A DNA stretch of 64,000 nt from an uncultured Candidatus Rokubacteria bacterium (lineage in GTDB: Bacteria; Methylomirabilota; Methylomirabilia; Rokubacteriales; DASRDR01). This document shows, piece after piece, positions 40,403 through 50,824 of the stretch. Where the stretch lies: assembly GCA_963708025.1 (NCBI GenBank), contig CAVPSB010000016.1, positions 224,001 to 288,000 on the forward strand, read 5' to 3'. Each line of letters opens with the position of its first letter. Positions within the stretch are counted from its first letter, which is position 1. The notes under the pieces are model-generated. The model was not told where the DNA came from, did not search any database, and saw nothing but the letters and a program-made list of their open reading frames with translations. The translations under genes and the position numbers were made by a program.

Positions 40403-43129
40403 GTGACGCCTGAGACGGACGGGCCCGGCGGCGGACGCGAGCAGCCCGAGCTGCGCGCGCTCCTCGACACGGTCAAGCGCATCGCCGCGCTCACCCCGCC
40501 GGCCCTCCTGCTCGAGCTGATCGCCGACGCCGCCGCCCGGCTGCTGGGCTTCGAGACGGGCGGCTTCAGGCTGGTGGAGGGCGACGAGCTGGTGGTGGCC
40601 GGCCAGTGGGGCGATCCGGTCATGGTCCGGCCGCGCCTGAAGATCGGCGAGAGCCTGTCCGGCCGGGTGGCGGCGACCGGCGAGGTCCTCATCGTCGAGG
40701 ACCTGCAGAACGACCCCCGGCTCGACACGCTACACCGGGACGCCGACCGGCGGCTCGGCTACCACACCTTCGTCGGGGTGCCGCTCCGGATCGGGAGCCG
40801 CGTCACCGGTGTCCTGATCCTCCGCTCCCGGGCCCGCCGCGTCATCAGCCCGGACGAGACCGCGGTCGTCCAGGCCTTCGCCGACCACGCGGCCATCGCG
40901 CTCGAGAACGCGCGGCTGTATGCCGCCGAGCAGCGCCAGCGCCACCAGGCCGAGGCGCTGACGGAGATCGCCCGGGACGTCTCGGCCGCGCTCGACCGGG
41001 ACACGGTGCTGCAGCGGGTGGTCGAGCACGCCCGGCGCCTCTGCCGGGCCGACGTCGTCAGCCTGGCACTCTGCCAGCCCGGCGGCGATGCGGCCGTCGT
41101 GGCCAGGACCGGGCATCGCACGGACGCGTTCGACCGGCTGGTGATCCGGCCGGGGCGCGGGCTGGCCGGCCAGGTCCTCGCCACCCGGGAGCCGGTGGCG
41201 AGCCCCGACCGCCTCGCCGACCCCCGCTGGCCGCCTGACGAGCCGGCCCGGATCGAGGAGCTGCGGGCCACGGCCTCGCTGCCGGTGCTGGCCGGCGACA
41301 CGCTGCTCGGCGTCCTCTCGGTGCACCGCCGGACCCCCGAGCCGTTCCATCCGCTCGACGTGAGCACCATCGAGGCGCTCGCCCGCCACGCCGCGGTCGC
41401 CATCCAGAACGCCGCCCTGTACGAGACCGCTCAATCACGCGCGGCCGAGCTCCAGCTGCTCCGGCGCATCGGACTGGATCTCTCACGCTCGCTCGATTTG
41501 CCGCGCGTGCTCCAGAACATCGTCGACGCCGCGCGCGAGGGAGCCGGCAGCGACGCGGCCTTCTGCGCCGTCGTGGATCCGGCCACCCTCGACGTGGAGA
41601 CGGTCGCCTCCACGGGAGCGCTGTCCACCGCGTTCGCCCGCTACCGCATCCGGCCCGGTCAGGGCGTCGGCGGGTGGTTCCTCCTGCACAAGCGGCCCTT
41701 CCGGACCGACGACTACCTGAGCGACCCCCGCTTCGCCCACACGTTCGACGAGGCGGCCCGGACCGAGCGCATCGTCACCAGCCTCGGCGTCCCGATCCTC
41801 CACCAGGACCAGCTCACCGGCGTCCTCTGGGTCTTCAACCGGACCCGGCGGCCGTTCACGGACAGGGACGAGGCGTTCCTGGCCGGCCTCGGCGACCACG
41901 CGGCGGTGGCGATCGCCAACGCGCGCGCGCACGCCGAGCGGCAGCGGGCCCTGGAAGAGCTACAGGCCTCGCAGGACCGGCTCGTCCAGACCGAGCGGCT
42001 CCGGGCGCTCGGCGAGATGGCGAGCGGGGTGGCGCACGACTTCAACAACCTGCTGGCGGTGATCCTGGGACGGGTCCAGCTCCTGCTGATGCGGGTCTCC
42101 GAGGTCGATCTCCGCCGGGGACTCCAGATCATCGAGCGCGCGGCGACCGACGCCGCCCACACCGTGCAGCGCATCCAGGAGTTCACGCGGACCCGTCAGA
42201 CCCGGGTCTTCGAGCCGATCGACCTCGGCCGGATCGTCCGGGAGGCGCTGGAGCTGACCCGAGGCCGCTGGAAGGACGAGGCGCAGATCCGGGGCGTCAC
42301 CTACGCCGTCACGACCGAGCTGGCGGAGGTGCCGCCGATCGCCGGGGAGGCCGCCGAGCTGCGCGAGGTGTTCACGAACCTGCTGCTCAACGCGGTCGAC
42401 GCCATGCCGGACGGCGGCCGCATTCACCTGGCGGTGCGGCCGGTGGACGGCGCGGTCCTGGCCACGGTCCGCGACACGGGCCCGGGCATGCCGCCCGAGG
42501 TCCGGGAGCGCGTCTTCGAGCCATTCTTCACCACCAAGGGGCCCCGCAGCACGGGGCTGGGTCTGAGCGTCGCCTACGGGATCGTCCAGCGGCACGGCGG
42601 CCGCATCGAGGTGGAGAGCGTCCCGGGCCACGGCGCCACGTTCACCCTGCGGCTCCCGGCCGTCGAGGGGATCCGGAGAGAGTCGGTCCCGGCCGAGCCG
42701 CCGGTGCCGGCGCTGGCCGGCGGCTTCCCGGCCCGGGTGCTCGTGATCGACGACGAACCCAGCGTGCGCGAGGTCATCGTGGACATCCTGCGCTCCGCCG
42801 GCCACATCCCCCTCGCCGCCGAGGACGGACCCAGCGGCCTGGCGCTCCTCGAGCGCGTGGGCACGCCGGATCTCGCGCTGATCGACCTCGGGCTCCCCGG
42901 GATGTCGGGCTGGGAGGTCGCCGCCCGGCTCCGCCAGAGCCGGCCCCACGTGCCGCTGGTCCTGGTGACGGGCTGGGGGGATCGGCTCGATCCGGCCGAG
43001 CTGGAACGAAGCGGCATCTGTCAGGTCATCGCCAAGCCGTTCCAGACCGCCCAGGTCTTGCGGGTCGTGGCGGAACGGACCGGCTGGCAGTCGTCGCCGG
43101 ACGACCGGTCAGGTCGGCAATCGAACTAG
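40403..43129 (+). CDS. Hybrid histidine kinase: 3 GAF + HisKA + HATPase + receiver
   Basis: Three GAF repeats ending A.HAA.A..NA; VAHDFNN; NAVDA; DTGPG; FFTTK; GLGL; VIDDE...IDLGLPG...KPF. Confidence 0.93.
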   Translation: MTPETDGPGGGREQPELRALLDTVKRIAALTPPALLLELIADAAARLLGFETGGFRLVEGDELVVAGQWGDPVMVRPRLKIGESLSGRVAATGEVLIVEDLQNDPRLDTLHRDADRRLGYHTFVGVPLRIGSRVTGVLILRSRARRVISPDETAVVQAFADHAAIALENARLYAAEQRQRHQAEALTEIARDVSAALDRDTVLQRVVEHARRLCRADVVSLALCQPGGDAAVVARTGHRTDAFDRLVIRPGRGLAGQVLATREPVASPDRLADPRWPPDEPARIEELRATASLPVLAGDTLLGVLSVHRRTPEPFHPLDVSTIEALARHAAVAIQNAALYETAQSRAAELQLLRRIGLDLSRSLDLPRVLQNIVDAAREGAGSDAAFCAVVDPATLDVETVASTGALSTAFARYRIRPGQGVGGWFLLHKRPFRTDDYLSDPRFAHTFDEAARTERIVTSLGVPILHQDQLTGVLWVFNRTRRPFTDRDEAFLAGLGDHAAVAIANARAHAERQRALEELQASQDRLVQTERLRALGEMASGVAHDFNNLLAVILGRVQLLLMRVSEVDLRRGLQIIERAATDAAHTVQRIQEFTRTRQTRVFEPIDLGRIVREALELTRGRWKDEAQIRGVTYAVTTELAEVPPIAGEAAELREVFTNLLLNAVDAMPDGGRIHLAVRPVDGAVLATVRDTGPGMPPEVRERVFEPFFTTKGPRSTGLGLSVAYGIVQRHGGRIEVESVPGHGATFTLRLPAVEGIRRESVPAEPPVPALAGGFPARVLVIDDEPSVREVIVDILRSAGHIPLAAEDGPSGLALLERVGTPDLALIDLGLPGMSGWEVAARLRQSRPHVPLVLVTGWGDRLDPAELERSGICQVIAKPFQTAQVLRVVAERTGWQSSPDDRSGRQSN

Positions 43130-43262
43130 GGGAGCGTCGCCGTATGCCCTGTCGCCTTCCGTGCGAGGCGAGCCGTCAAGGGCGTCCGAGTGGCGAAGAA
43201 ACCAAGGGCGGGGCCGAGGAACGTCGCAACCTCGGCCCCGCCCCGAGACCGGTGATCCTGGC

Positions 43263-43610
43263 CTACTCGAAGCGACGCGGCGTGGACTGGGGGGTGACGA
43301 CCTCCGGCAGGTGCTGGTTGTAGCGCTGCGCATCCTCGGCCGTCAGGCCGAACCACTCCGGCCCCAGACCACCCAGGAGATAGAAGGGCCGGACCAGCGC
43401 GACGTCGAGCACGACCCCGATCGGGTGGAGCGCGAACGCCAGCGCGCGGAACGGATGCCCGTAGCCGCCGGGGTTCGTGTCGTAGCCATCGGGCAATGCC
43501 CTCGGGAAGCCATTCCAGGAGGCGTCCCTGTTGTCCTTGAGCTGCGCCGCAGAGCAACCCGCCCCGATCAGGGCCGCCAGCAACAGCACCGCGAGAACTT
43601 TACCGCGCAT
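43263..43610 (-). CDS. Putative lipoprotein
   Basis: MRGKVLAVLLLAALIGAG-C lipobox; AGGAG RBS. Confidence 0.7.
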   Translation of the reverse strand: MRGKVLAVLLLAALIGAGCSAAQLKDNRDASWNGFPRALPDGYDTNPGGYGHPFRALAFALHPIGVVLDVALVRPFYLLGGLGPEWFGLTAEDAQRYNQHLPEVVTPQSTPRRFE

Positions 43611-43920
43611 CGCCGCTCCTCCCCGCCGCCGTGGTCAGCGTCAGAAAATTCGGAGGGGCCGCTCCCCTCCCATTTGGATCCCAGCACCCGGATCCCGCGC
43701 ATCGATCGACACGCCTGTCAATGCCCGGCCACCATAGCACGCTCGCCGAAGCGCTCCCAAGAGTTTTCGCCTGGGAGCGAATCCGCGGAGTGGCGCGCCC
43801 CTCGGCGCCCGAAATGTTGGCCGCCCCGCCCTTCCGGGGTAGACTGTGGCGTCGTTCACCTGCCACCCGGGAGGGCCTACCGGTGTCCGTGAGGCATTCG
43901 AGGCATTCGAGGACTCGGTG

Positions 43921-45843
43921 ATGAGCTGGCTGAAGCGGAAGCGGCCGACGTCCACCGACCCCACCTCCGAGTCCAAGGGCCCCCTCACCCCCGATCCCCC
44001 CCCGATGGTAGCGCTTCCCGAGGCCTCCACCCCCCCGACGGAGACCCCGGGCCCCGGCGACAGCGAGGGGGCGGCCGGTCGTGAGCCCGCCCTCCGGCTC
44101 GAAGACATCATGCGGGTCCAGGCGGTCACCGCCAGCCTCCTGACCAAGAAGGTCACCCCCCGTGAGCTGTTCCGCCACATCGTCAACGGCGCGGCGGACT
44201 GCCTGAACGCCGACGAGGCCTCCCTCATGCTCGTCGAGGGCGAGGAGCTGCGGGTGGTGTCGGCCCGGAAGGCGGGCGAGCACATCACGGTGCGGATCGG
44301 TCGGATCAAGATCGGCGAGGGGGTGGCGGGCTGGGTCGCCCGCGAAGGCCAGGCCCTCCTCCTCAACGAGGGCGACGACTTCTCTCGGTTCACCAACTTC
44401 ACGCCCAAGGGCGGGCGCATCACCTCCGCCGTCTCGGTGCCGCTCCACGTCGAGGGTCGCGTGGTCGGCGTCCTGAACGCGAACCGCCTGGCCGGGGCCG
44501 AGAGGTTCACCTCGGAAGACGTCGCCGTCCTCCGGCTCTTCGCCGACACCGCGGCGCTGGCCATCGACCAGACGAACCTCCTGCAGACGGTCCAGACGCG
44601 GGCCCGGTCGCTCCAGACGCTCTTGTCTGTCACCGACGCCTTCGCGTCGGCGAACGATCCCGACGCGGCGCTCGTCAGGCTGATGCCAGGGCTCGGCGAG
44701 ACCTTCCACCCGACGCTGGTGCTGGCGTTCCTCGGCTCCGCGGCGGCGGGCGGACTCCCCGCCGTGGCGGAATGGACCCCTCGGGGGGGCCCGGGGGCGG
44801 CCGACCGGCTCGCGGGAATCAGCCTGACGACGACCGGCGAGGTGACGGCGGCGTTCCAGGCCAGCGGGCCGGCCTACCTCACCGTCCCCCCGCTCCAGGG
44901 CAATGTCGCCCGCCACACCCTCCTCCCGGCCCGCCTGCTGCTGGTCCCGGTCGGGGCCCTCGACACGCCGTCCCGGTGCGCGCTGCTGCTGGGCTGGGAA
45001 GACCCGATGTTCGCCGTGCCGGCCGAGGACCTGAACGTGCTGGAAGGCCTGGCCCGCCAGCTCGACATGGCGCTCTCGCATCAGGATCGGACCGCGGCGG
45101 TGGATGCGCTCGAGGCCGAGATGGCGCAGGCCCGCGCGCACCTCATGGAGGCGGAGCGGCTGGCGACCGTGGGCCAGAGCATGGCCGGGGTCGTCCACGA
45201 CATCAACGCGCCCCTGACGGCCGTCACCGCCTTCGCGCAGCTCATCCAGAAGGAGTCGTCGGACGAGAAGAGCCGCGAGCGGGCCGGTCACATCATGGAG
45301 GCGGCGACGCGGGCGCAGCGGCTGGTCCGCGAGCTGCTGAAGATGGCTCGGCCGCAGCCGCCGACCTTCGAGCTGGTGCAGCTCCACCAGCTCCTGCAGG
45401 TCGCCATGGATCTCGAGCGCCCGCAGTGCGCCGTGTCCGGGATCAAGCTGGTGGCCGCCTTCGATCCCGCGCTGCCCCAGGTCAAGGCCGATCCCCACCG
45501 GCTGGGTCAGGTCTTCATCAACCTGCTCGTCAACGCGCGCCAGGCCATGGATTCGGCCGAGAAGGGCACCTCGATCACCGTCCAGACCCGGCGGCTCGAG
45601 CGCGTGGTGGAGATCCGCTTCACGGACGACGGCCCCGGGATCCCGCCGGCCATCAAGCAGAAGATCTTCGACTGGTTCTTCACGACCAAGCCGCCGGGCG
45701 AAGGCACCGGACTGGGCCTCGCGGTCTCCCGGGAGATCCTCCTCGCCCATGGAGGCAACCTCCGGGTCGAGGACACGGTCGACGGCGGCGCGACCTTCAT
45801 CCTCGATGTCCCGCTGCCGGAAGCCGGCAGCCCTACCCGCTAG
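43921..45843 (+). CDS. GAF-domain sensor histidine kinase
   Basis: GEGVAGWV GAF, second degenerate GAF, VVHDINAP, NARQA, DDGPG, FFTTK, GTGLGL. Confidence 0.92.
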   Translation: MSWLKRKRPTSTDPTSESKGPLTPDPPPMVALPEASTPPTETPGPGDSEGAAGREPALRLEDIMRVQAVTASLLTKKVTPRELFRHIVNGAADCLNADEASLMLVEGEELRVVSARKAGEHITVRIGRIKIGEGVAGWVAREGQALLLNEGDDFSRFTNFTPKGGRITSAVSVPLHVEGRVVGVLNANRLAGAERFTSEDVAVLRLFADTAALAIDQTNLLQTVQTRARSLQTLLSVTDAFASANDPDAALVRLMPGLGETFHPTLVLAFLGSAAAGGLPAVAEWTPRGGPGAADRLAGISLTTTGEVTAAFQASGPAYLTVPPLQGNVARHTLLPARLLLVPVGALDTPSRCALLLGWEDPMFAVPAEDLNVLEGLARQLDMALSHQDRTAAVDALEAEMAQARAHLMEAERLATVGQSMAGVVHDINAPLTAVTAFAQLIQKESSDEKSRERAGHIMEAATRAQRLVRELLKMARPQPPTFELVQLHQLLQVAMDLERPQCAVSGIKLVAAFDPALPQVKADPHRLGQVFINLLVNARQAMDSAEKGTSITVQTRRLERVVEIRFTDDGPGIPPAIKQKIFDWFFTTKPPGEGTGLGLAVSREILLAHGGNLRVEDTVDGGATFILDVPLPEAGSPTR

Positions 45844-45979
45844 ATCATTCGGGGGGGGGTCTCGGAAGACCCCCCCGATCCCCCCCGTCGTGGCGGCGGC
45901 GAAGCCGCCGCTCGGACGCTTTTCACGGCTGACCTTGCATTGGAACGCGACACGCGCATACTCCCACGGACTAGACTAG
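45840..45979. repeat. REP/MITE-like repeat, copy 3
   Basis: Same two hairpins and tail GAACGCGACACG; CTAG at 45840 and at 45971/45976; between convergent TAG stops. Confidence 0.85.
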
Positions 45980-46191
45980 CCGGCTCGGCCGCGGGAGCGC
46001 TCTAGCAGCCGCCGTAGATAGCTTTCCAGCTCGACCAGGACGGTGCGCTTGACGACGACCCCGACCGGCTCGACGGGCTCGCCGGTCCCCGGGCGGTGGA
46101 CGAGCAGCGTGCCCTCGAACGCCTCGGCCCGGTCGTCGGTCGCCGCGAGCTGCCGGATGCCCAGGATCTCCCACCGTTCGGCCACACTCAC
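45976..46191 (-). CDS. Small hypothetical protein
   Basis: GGAGGGAG RBS, GTG start, GC-rich third positions. Confidence 0.55.
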   Translation of the reverse strand: MSVAERWEILGIRQLAATDDRAEAFEGTLLVHRPGTGEPVEPVGVVVKRTVLVELESYLRRLLERSRGRAG

Positions 46192-46268
46192 CCTGGCTCC
46201 CTCCCGTCGCGCATTAGGCCGGGCTCGTCTCACGCACGCCGGGCTCGCCCGGGCGTGGCTCGTCCAGT

Positions 46269-47543
46269 CTACCGCGGAGCCGGCGCCGCCGGCATCGCGA
46301 CCCGCAGCACCTCCTCCAGCGTGGTCAGCCCGCGGACGACCTTCCCGAGGCCGTCGTCGAACAGCGTCGGGAGCCGGGCGCCTCGCACCGCCTCGTGAAA
46401 CTGGCGGCCGCCCGCCTCGCGCGCGAGGAGGTCCCGGGTCTTGTCGTCGAGCGGGAGCAGCTCGTAGATCCCGGTCCGGCCGAGGTACCCGGTGTGCCGG
46501 CAGCGCGCACAGCCTCGGCCGCGGACGAGCGTGTCGCCCGCCTCGCGCAGGAGCGGCAGCTCGGCCTGCAGCGCCGAGGGGACCTCGGCCGGGATCCGGC
46601 AGGCTGGGCAGACGAGACGGACCAGCCGCTGGGCGACGACGCCGATCGTCGAGGCGGCGAGCAGGTAGGGATCGACCCCGAGGTTCACGAGGCGCAGGAT
46701 CGCGCTGGCCGCGTCGTTGGTGTGCATGGTGCTCAGCAGGAGGTGCCCGGTCAGCGAGGCGCGGACGGCGACGTCGGCTGTCTCGGCGTCGCGGATCTCG
46801 CCCAGCATGACGATGTTCGGGTCCTGCCGGAGGATCGCGCGAAGCGACCCGGCGAAGGTGAGCCCGACCCGCTCGTTGATCTGGATCTGGTTGATCCCGG
46901 CGATCTCGTACTCGACCGGATCCTCGACGGAGATGATGTTGAGGTGCTCCGACCGAAGCCGGTGGATGCAGGCGCGAAGCGTCGTGGTCTTGCCGCAGCC
47001 GGTCGGCCCGGTCACGAGGATCATCCCGTGCGAGTGGCCGAGCATCGCGCCGACCAGCGCGAGCTGCGTCTCGTCGAAGCCCAGCTCCTCGAGCGCCAGG
47101 AGTCCGCGCCCGGACTCGAACAGCCGCAGCACGACCTTTTCCCCGTGCCGGCAGGGCAGCGTGGAGACGCGCAGGTGCGCCTCCCCGCCGGGCGCCCGCA
47201 GGCGGATGTGGCCGTCCTGCGGCACCCGGCGCTCGGCGATGTCGAGGTTGGCCATGACCTTGATCCGGGAGACAACCGCCGCGTGGAGGGCCAGCGGCAG
47301 CTCGCGGCTCGTGACGAGGAAGCCATCGACGCGCGTCCGGACCAGCATCCGATCCGCGTGCGGCTCGATGTGGACGTCGCTGGCGCCCTCGGCCAGGCCC
47401 TGGCGGATCAGGTCGTCCACGATGCGGATCACCGGCTCGGCGACGTCGAGGCGGACCGGCGGCGCGGCCGCGCGAGGCGGCCGGCCGTTGGCCGGCGGAG
47501 CGGCCGGGGGCGTCGGAGGCGCGACGTCCGAGGATTGGGCCAT
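46269..47543 (-). CDS. GspE/PilB-family secretion ATPase lacking the N-terminal domain
   Basis: ASDVHIEP, LDIAERRVPQDG, TGPTGCGKTT, EDPVEY, LRQDP..GEIRD, STMHTN, two CxxC pairs. Confidence 0.92.
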   Translation of the reverse strand: MAQSSDVAPPTPPAAPPANGRPPRAAAPPVRLDVAEPVIRIVDDLIRQGLAEGASDVHIEPHADRMLVRTRVDGFLVTSRELPLALHAAVVSRIKVMANLDIAERRVPQDGHIRLRAPGGEAHLRVSTLPCRHGEKVVLRLFESGRGLLALEELGFDETQLALVGAMLGHSHGMILVTGPTGCGKTTTLRACIHRLRSEHLNIISVEDPVEYEIAGINQIQINERVGLTFAGSLRAILRQDPNIVMLGEIRDAETADVAVRASLTGHLLLSTMHTNDAASAILRLVNLGVDPYLLAASTIGVVAQRLVRLVCPACRIPAEVPSALQAELPLLREAGDTLVRGRGCARCRHTGYLGRTGIYELLPLDDKTRDLLAREAGGRQFHEAVRGARLPTLFDDGLGKVVRGLTTLEEVLRVAMPAAPAPR

Positions 47544-47799
47544 GCCGGTTCCCGATGCACGCGAAGTGCCCGCCGCCGAGCGCGGGCTGGCGTGCATTCC
47601 GGCGCGGCGGCCGGTCCCGGCCGGTACACGCTGTCGACGAAGACTGACGGCGATCGGCGCGGGGACTACGCGAGAAAGGTCGGAAAGCCGATGGCCGGGA
47701 TGCTACAGCGGGGGGCCAGCCGGGTCACAGACGGGCTCCGTAGACAGAGGGGCTCGTAGCACCTGGCCCCCGCCGCCCAGCCCTCATGGGGCCGCCGGT

Positions 47800-47975
47800 G
47801 GGAGGGAGCTCGCGTACTCGAGCAGGCGCTGACGGCGCTCTCCCATCTCCCGAGACTCGTGAACGCTGGAGCAGGCACTACGAGGGCACCGTCAATCAGG
47901 TGATGGGCGACGGGATCACGGCGCTGTTCGGCGCGTCCGTCGCGCCCGAGGACCACGCGGTGCGGGCCTGTTTGG
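47800..47975 (+). pseudogene. Fragments of a class III cyclase-AAA-TPR type gene
   Basis: EQALTALSHLPETR joined to YEGTVNQVMGDGITALFGA.VA.EDHAVRAC. Confidence 0.6.
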
Positions 47976-48563
47976 CATGCGTGAGTCCCTGGGGGTCACG
48001 GAGGACCGGGCGCCGGAGCGGCCCGACCCGCGCCCTCGCGCGCTCACGCGGATGTCGGCACGGGTCCGGACGGAGTCCGCGTCCGTGTACGCCCCGTATC
48101 GGTCCCTGAACACGGCGCGTCGGCGCGTGCGGCCTCCGCGGACTGCAACCGCGCCACCGAACAGCGAACCCCGGTGCGGCGCCCGCCGGGCATGGTCCCG
48201 CGCTCGCGCCGCGGCCGATGCCTGCGTCGTGCGCCGCCCTGCCGAGTACGAGCTCCGCATGCCCGAAACGTCGATCCTCGGCATGATGGGAAAGCGCTTG
48301 CCGAGAAAGCGAACCGCGCTGCAGCATGGCGCGCTTGGCGGCGGAGTGCCGATACGGTCGTCTGAAACGGCGAGCCCGGCGCGCCCCGGCCCGCCCGCTG
48401 AGCGCGGCGAGCCGCAGCAGCCGGACGCGGACCCGTGCCCCATCGCCGACGTCAGGTGGCTCGATCCTTGCTGGTCCACCCCCCTTTGACTCAGTATCGG
48501 CGCGGATGCCGAGGGCGGGCCCCCCCTCGGCTGCTGGCGATCCCATACCCACGAGGAGGCGAC

Positions 48564-49883
48564 ATGGGAGCGACCGAGACCCGACGTCGTGAGGACGGCC
48601 CTCCCCGCAGGGCGATCGTCCTTGGGGTGAGCGGCCATCCCCGCGCCGTGGCCGCCGTCCGGTCCCTGGGACGGGCGGGCATTCCCATCATCGGGATCAG
48701 ACGCAGGGCATGCCTACAAGACTGCTACTCGCGCTACCTTCGAGAGAAGTTCGTGGTCGACCCCACCCCGGACGAACTGCTCCCCTTCCTCGAGTCCGTC
48801 GGGCAGCGCGGGGGCGGCGTGCTCTTCGCAGCCGACGACGACTACCTCATCCTCGTGGCCAAGCATGCTGACTCCCTGTCCCGGCATTTCGTCCTGACGA
48901 TACCGCCGTGGGAGATCCTGAGCCGGGTGATGGACCACGCTCGCCTCTACGAAATCGCACATCAGGTGGGATTGAGCACGCCGATTCTCTTCAAGCCTCG
49001 TGACGAGACGGACCTCAGGCGAGTCGTCACCAGTCTCGATCTCGCCAATCGTGAGTATCTGCTCAAGACGATTCCGGGTACGGCTCCCGCTGAGTCGAGC
49101 AACGGGCGGTTCACCAAGATCGCGGGAGCCGACCCGGCGACGGTAGAGGCCAACTGTCTCGAGATCTTCTCCCGGCTGGGCGACTATCCGATGATCGTGG
49201 AGGTCGTACCGGGAGAGGCGAACCAGTGCATCGGGGTGACGATGGTGGTCGACCGCAGCCACCGGCCTCTGCTGGCCTACTGCATGAAACGCCTGAAGCT
49301 TCAGACGTACTCTCGGGGAGGATTCGTTCATCCCTACGAGCTGGGCTCCAACGTGTACTGCGAGAGCGTTCACGACGAGGAGGCGGTGCAGGCCGCGACG
49401 CGGCTAATGAGCGCCGCGAGATACTACGGGCTGGTCACGGTCGAGTTTCGGCGCGACTCGAGGAGCCAGCAGCTCATCCTGATCAAGGCCGATCCCCGGT
49501 TCATCCGGTTGACGAGCCTCTCGACAGCTTTGGGAATGGACACGCCCACCGGCCTCTACCACCTTTTCCTGCGGGGAGATCTCGAGGCGGCGCAGACCTT
49601 TCCCGATGGGATCGCCTGGCTCTGGGAGACGATGTACCTGGAGTCGCTGTGGAACAACCGGGGGGACCGTCCCGTTCGCCAGGATCTGTTCGCCCTCTGC
49701 CGCCGCGCCCGTCGAATCAAGGCGTTCGGGCATCTCAGCCTCCTTGATCCGCTGCCGTTTCTCATGCACGCGCAGTGGCGCGGACGAGTGTGGGCCGGAG
49801 ATCGGGTCCGCGGCGTCGTGCGACGAGGCGCCGAGGCAGTCCGGCGGCGTGCTCCCCGTGTTGTGTCCCCCCTCGGCGACTGA
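48564..49883 (+). CDS. ATP-grasp carboxylate-amine ligase family protein
   Basis: AVRSLGRAGI, YSRY, EVVPG, YYGLVTVEFRRD, degenerate KADPRF for EINPR; GAGGAGG RBS. Confidence 0.75.
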   Translation: MGATETRRREDGPPRRAIVLGVSGHPRAVAAVRSLGRAGIPIIGIRRRACLQDCYSRYLREKFVVDPTPDELLPFLESVGQRGGGVLFAADDDYLILVAKHADSLSRHFVLTIPPWEILSRVMDHARLYEIAHQVGLSTPILFKPRDETDLRRVVTSLDLANREYLLKTIPGTAPAESSNGRFTKIAGADPATVEANCLEIFSRLGDYPMIVEVVPGEANQCIGVTMVVDRSHRPLLAYCMKRLKLQTYSRGGFVHPYELGSNVYCESVHDEEAVQAATRLMSAARYYGLVTVEFRRDSRSQQLILIKADPRFIRLTSLSTALGMDTPTGLYHLFLRGDLEAAQTFPDGIAWLWETMYLESLWNNRGDRPVRQDLFALCRRARRIKAFGHLSLLDPLPFLMHAQWRGRVWAGDRVRGVVRRGAEAVRRRAPRVVSPLGD

Positions 49884-50569
49884 AGCCGGCCAGACGGATT
49901 CCCTCGGACACGGCCTCAGCGGGTTGCCCGAGTCGGCGGGATGCTGGTCGCCCCCCGGGACGACGGCCGAGAGGAGGCTTCCGTTGAGTATCCCACGCAG
50001 CTTCACGAGCTTGGGCTGGCCGGATCGGGACGGTATCCGCATGGGACCGCCCAACAGGCCGCGCCGCGCCATCTCGCGCCGGCCGCGCCGGGCGGAGCCT
50101 GTCAACAAGAATGAGAGGGCGGCCCCACTGCGTCGCCACCAGAAGCGCCGATCAGTCTGACGGAACGACCAAGCAGAGGGCATTCGCAGTGTCACGCTAC
50201 TCTGTGACGGAGAGCGTCCTCCCATTTGGGAAGAACGTCGCCCGCCCTCCTTTCCCTCCGTATCGAATCGACTCAGCGTCGTAGCCCTGGCTCGTCATAT
50301 GGTGGCGACACGGCCGATCGCAAGCGGCCGAGCCCCACAAGAGATCTTGTCCTGCGTTCCGATCGACTACATGGTGCTCGTTCCGCGCTGTACGAAGGCG
50401 ATACATCCTTGCCTTGACTAGCCCGTCGTCCGAACGATCACCAAGGGTACCTAACCGGTATCTCGTTTGCTTGCCTGGAGCCATCTTTGGTGATCGCCAC
50501 GGAATGGGCCGTGCTCACCAGGACCGCGCGTAGTCCGGAGTCTCGTATGGGAGCAGAAGGAGGAGGCGC

Positions 50570-50824
50570 ATGAAAGCACTGGCGTTGCTCGTCGCGCTCC
50601 TGCTGAGCGTATCGATCGTCTCAGCGGCCGGGAACGAAGTGCAGGGCAAAGTCAAGCAGTGGGATGCTGCGACCCAGACGATCACGCTCGAAGACGGCAC
50701 GCAGCTGACCGTGCCTGCCACCGTCAAGGAGAGCGCTCAGATCAAGGAAGGGGCGATGGTCAAGGCTAGCTACGAGGAGAAGGACGGCAAGAAGGTCATC
50801 TCCAAGATAGAGGTCGCCCCTTAA
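50570..50824 (+). CDS. Small secreted OB-fold protein (DUF1344-like)
   Basis: Signal peptide; GKVKQWD...ITLEDG...IKEGAMVKASYEEKDGKKV. Confidence 0.8.
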   Translation: MKALALLVALLLSVSIVSAAGNEVQGKVKQWDAATQTITLEDGTQLTVPATVKESAQIKEGAMVKASYEEKDGKKVISKIEVAP

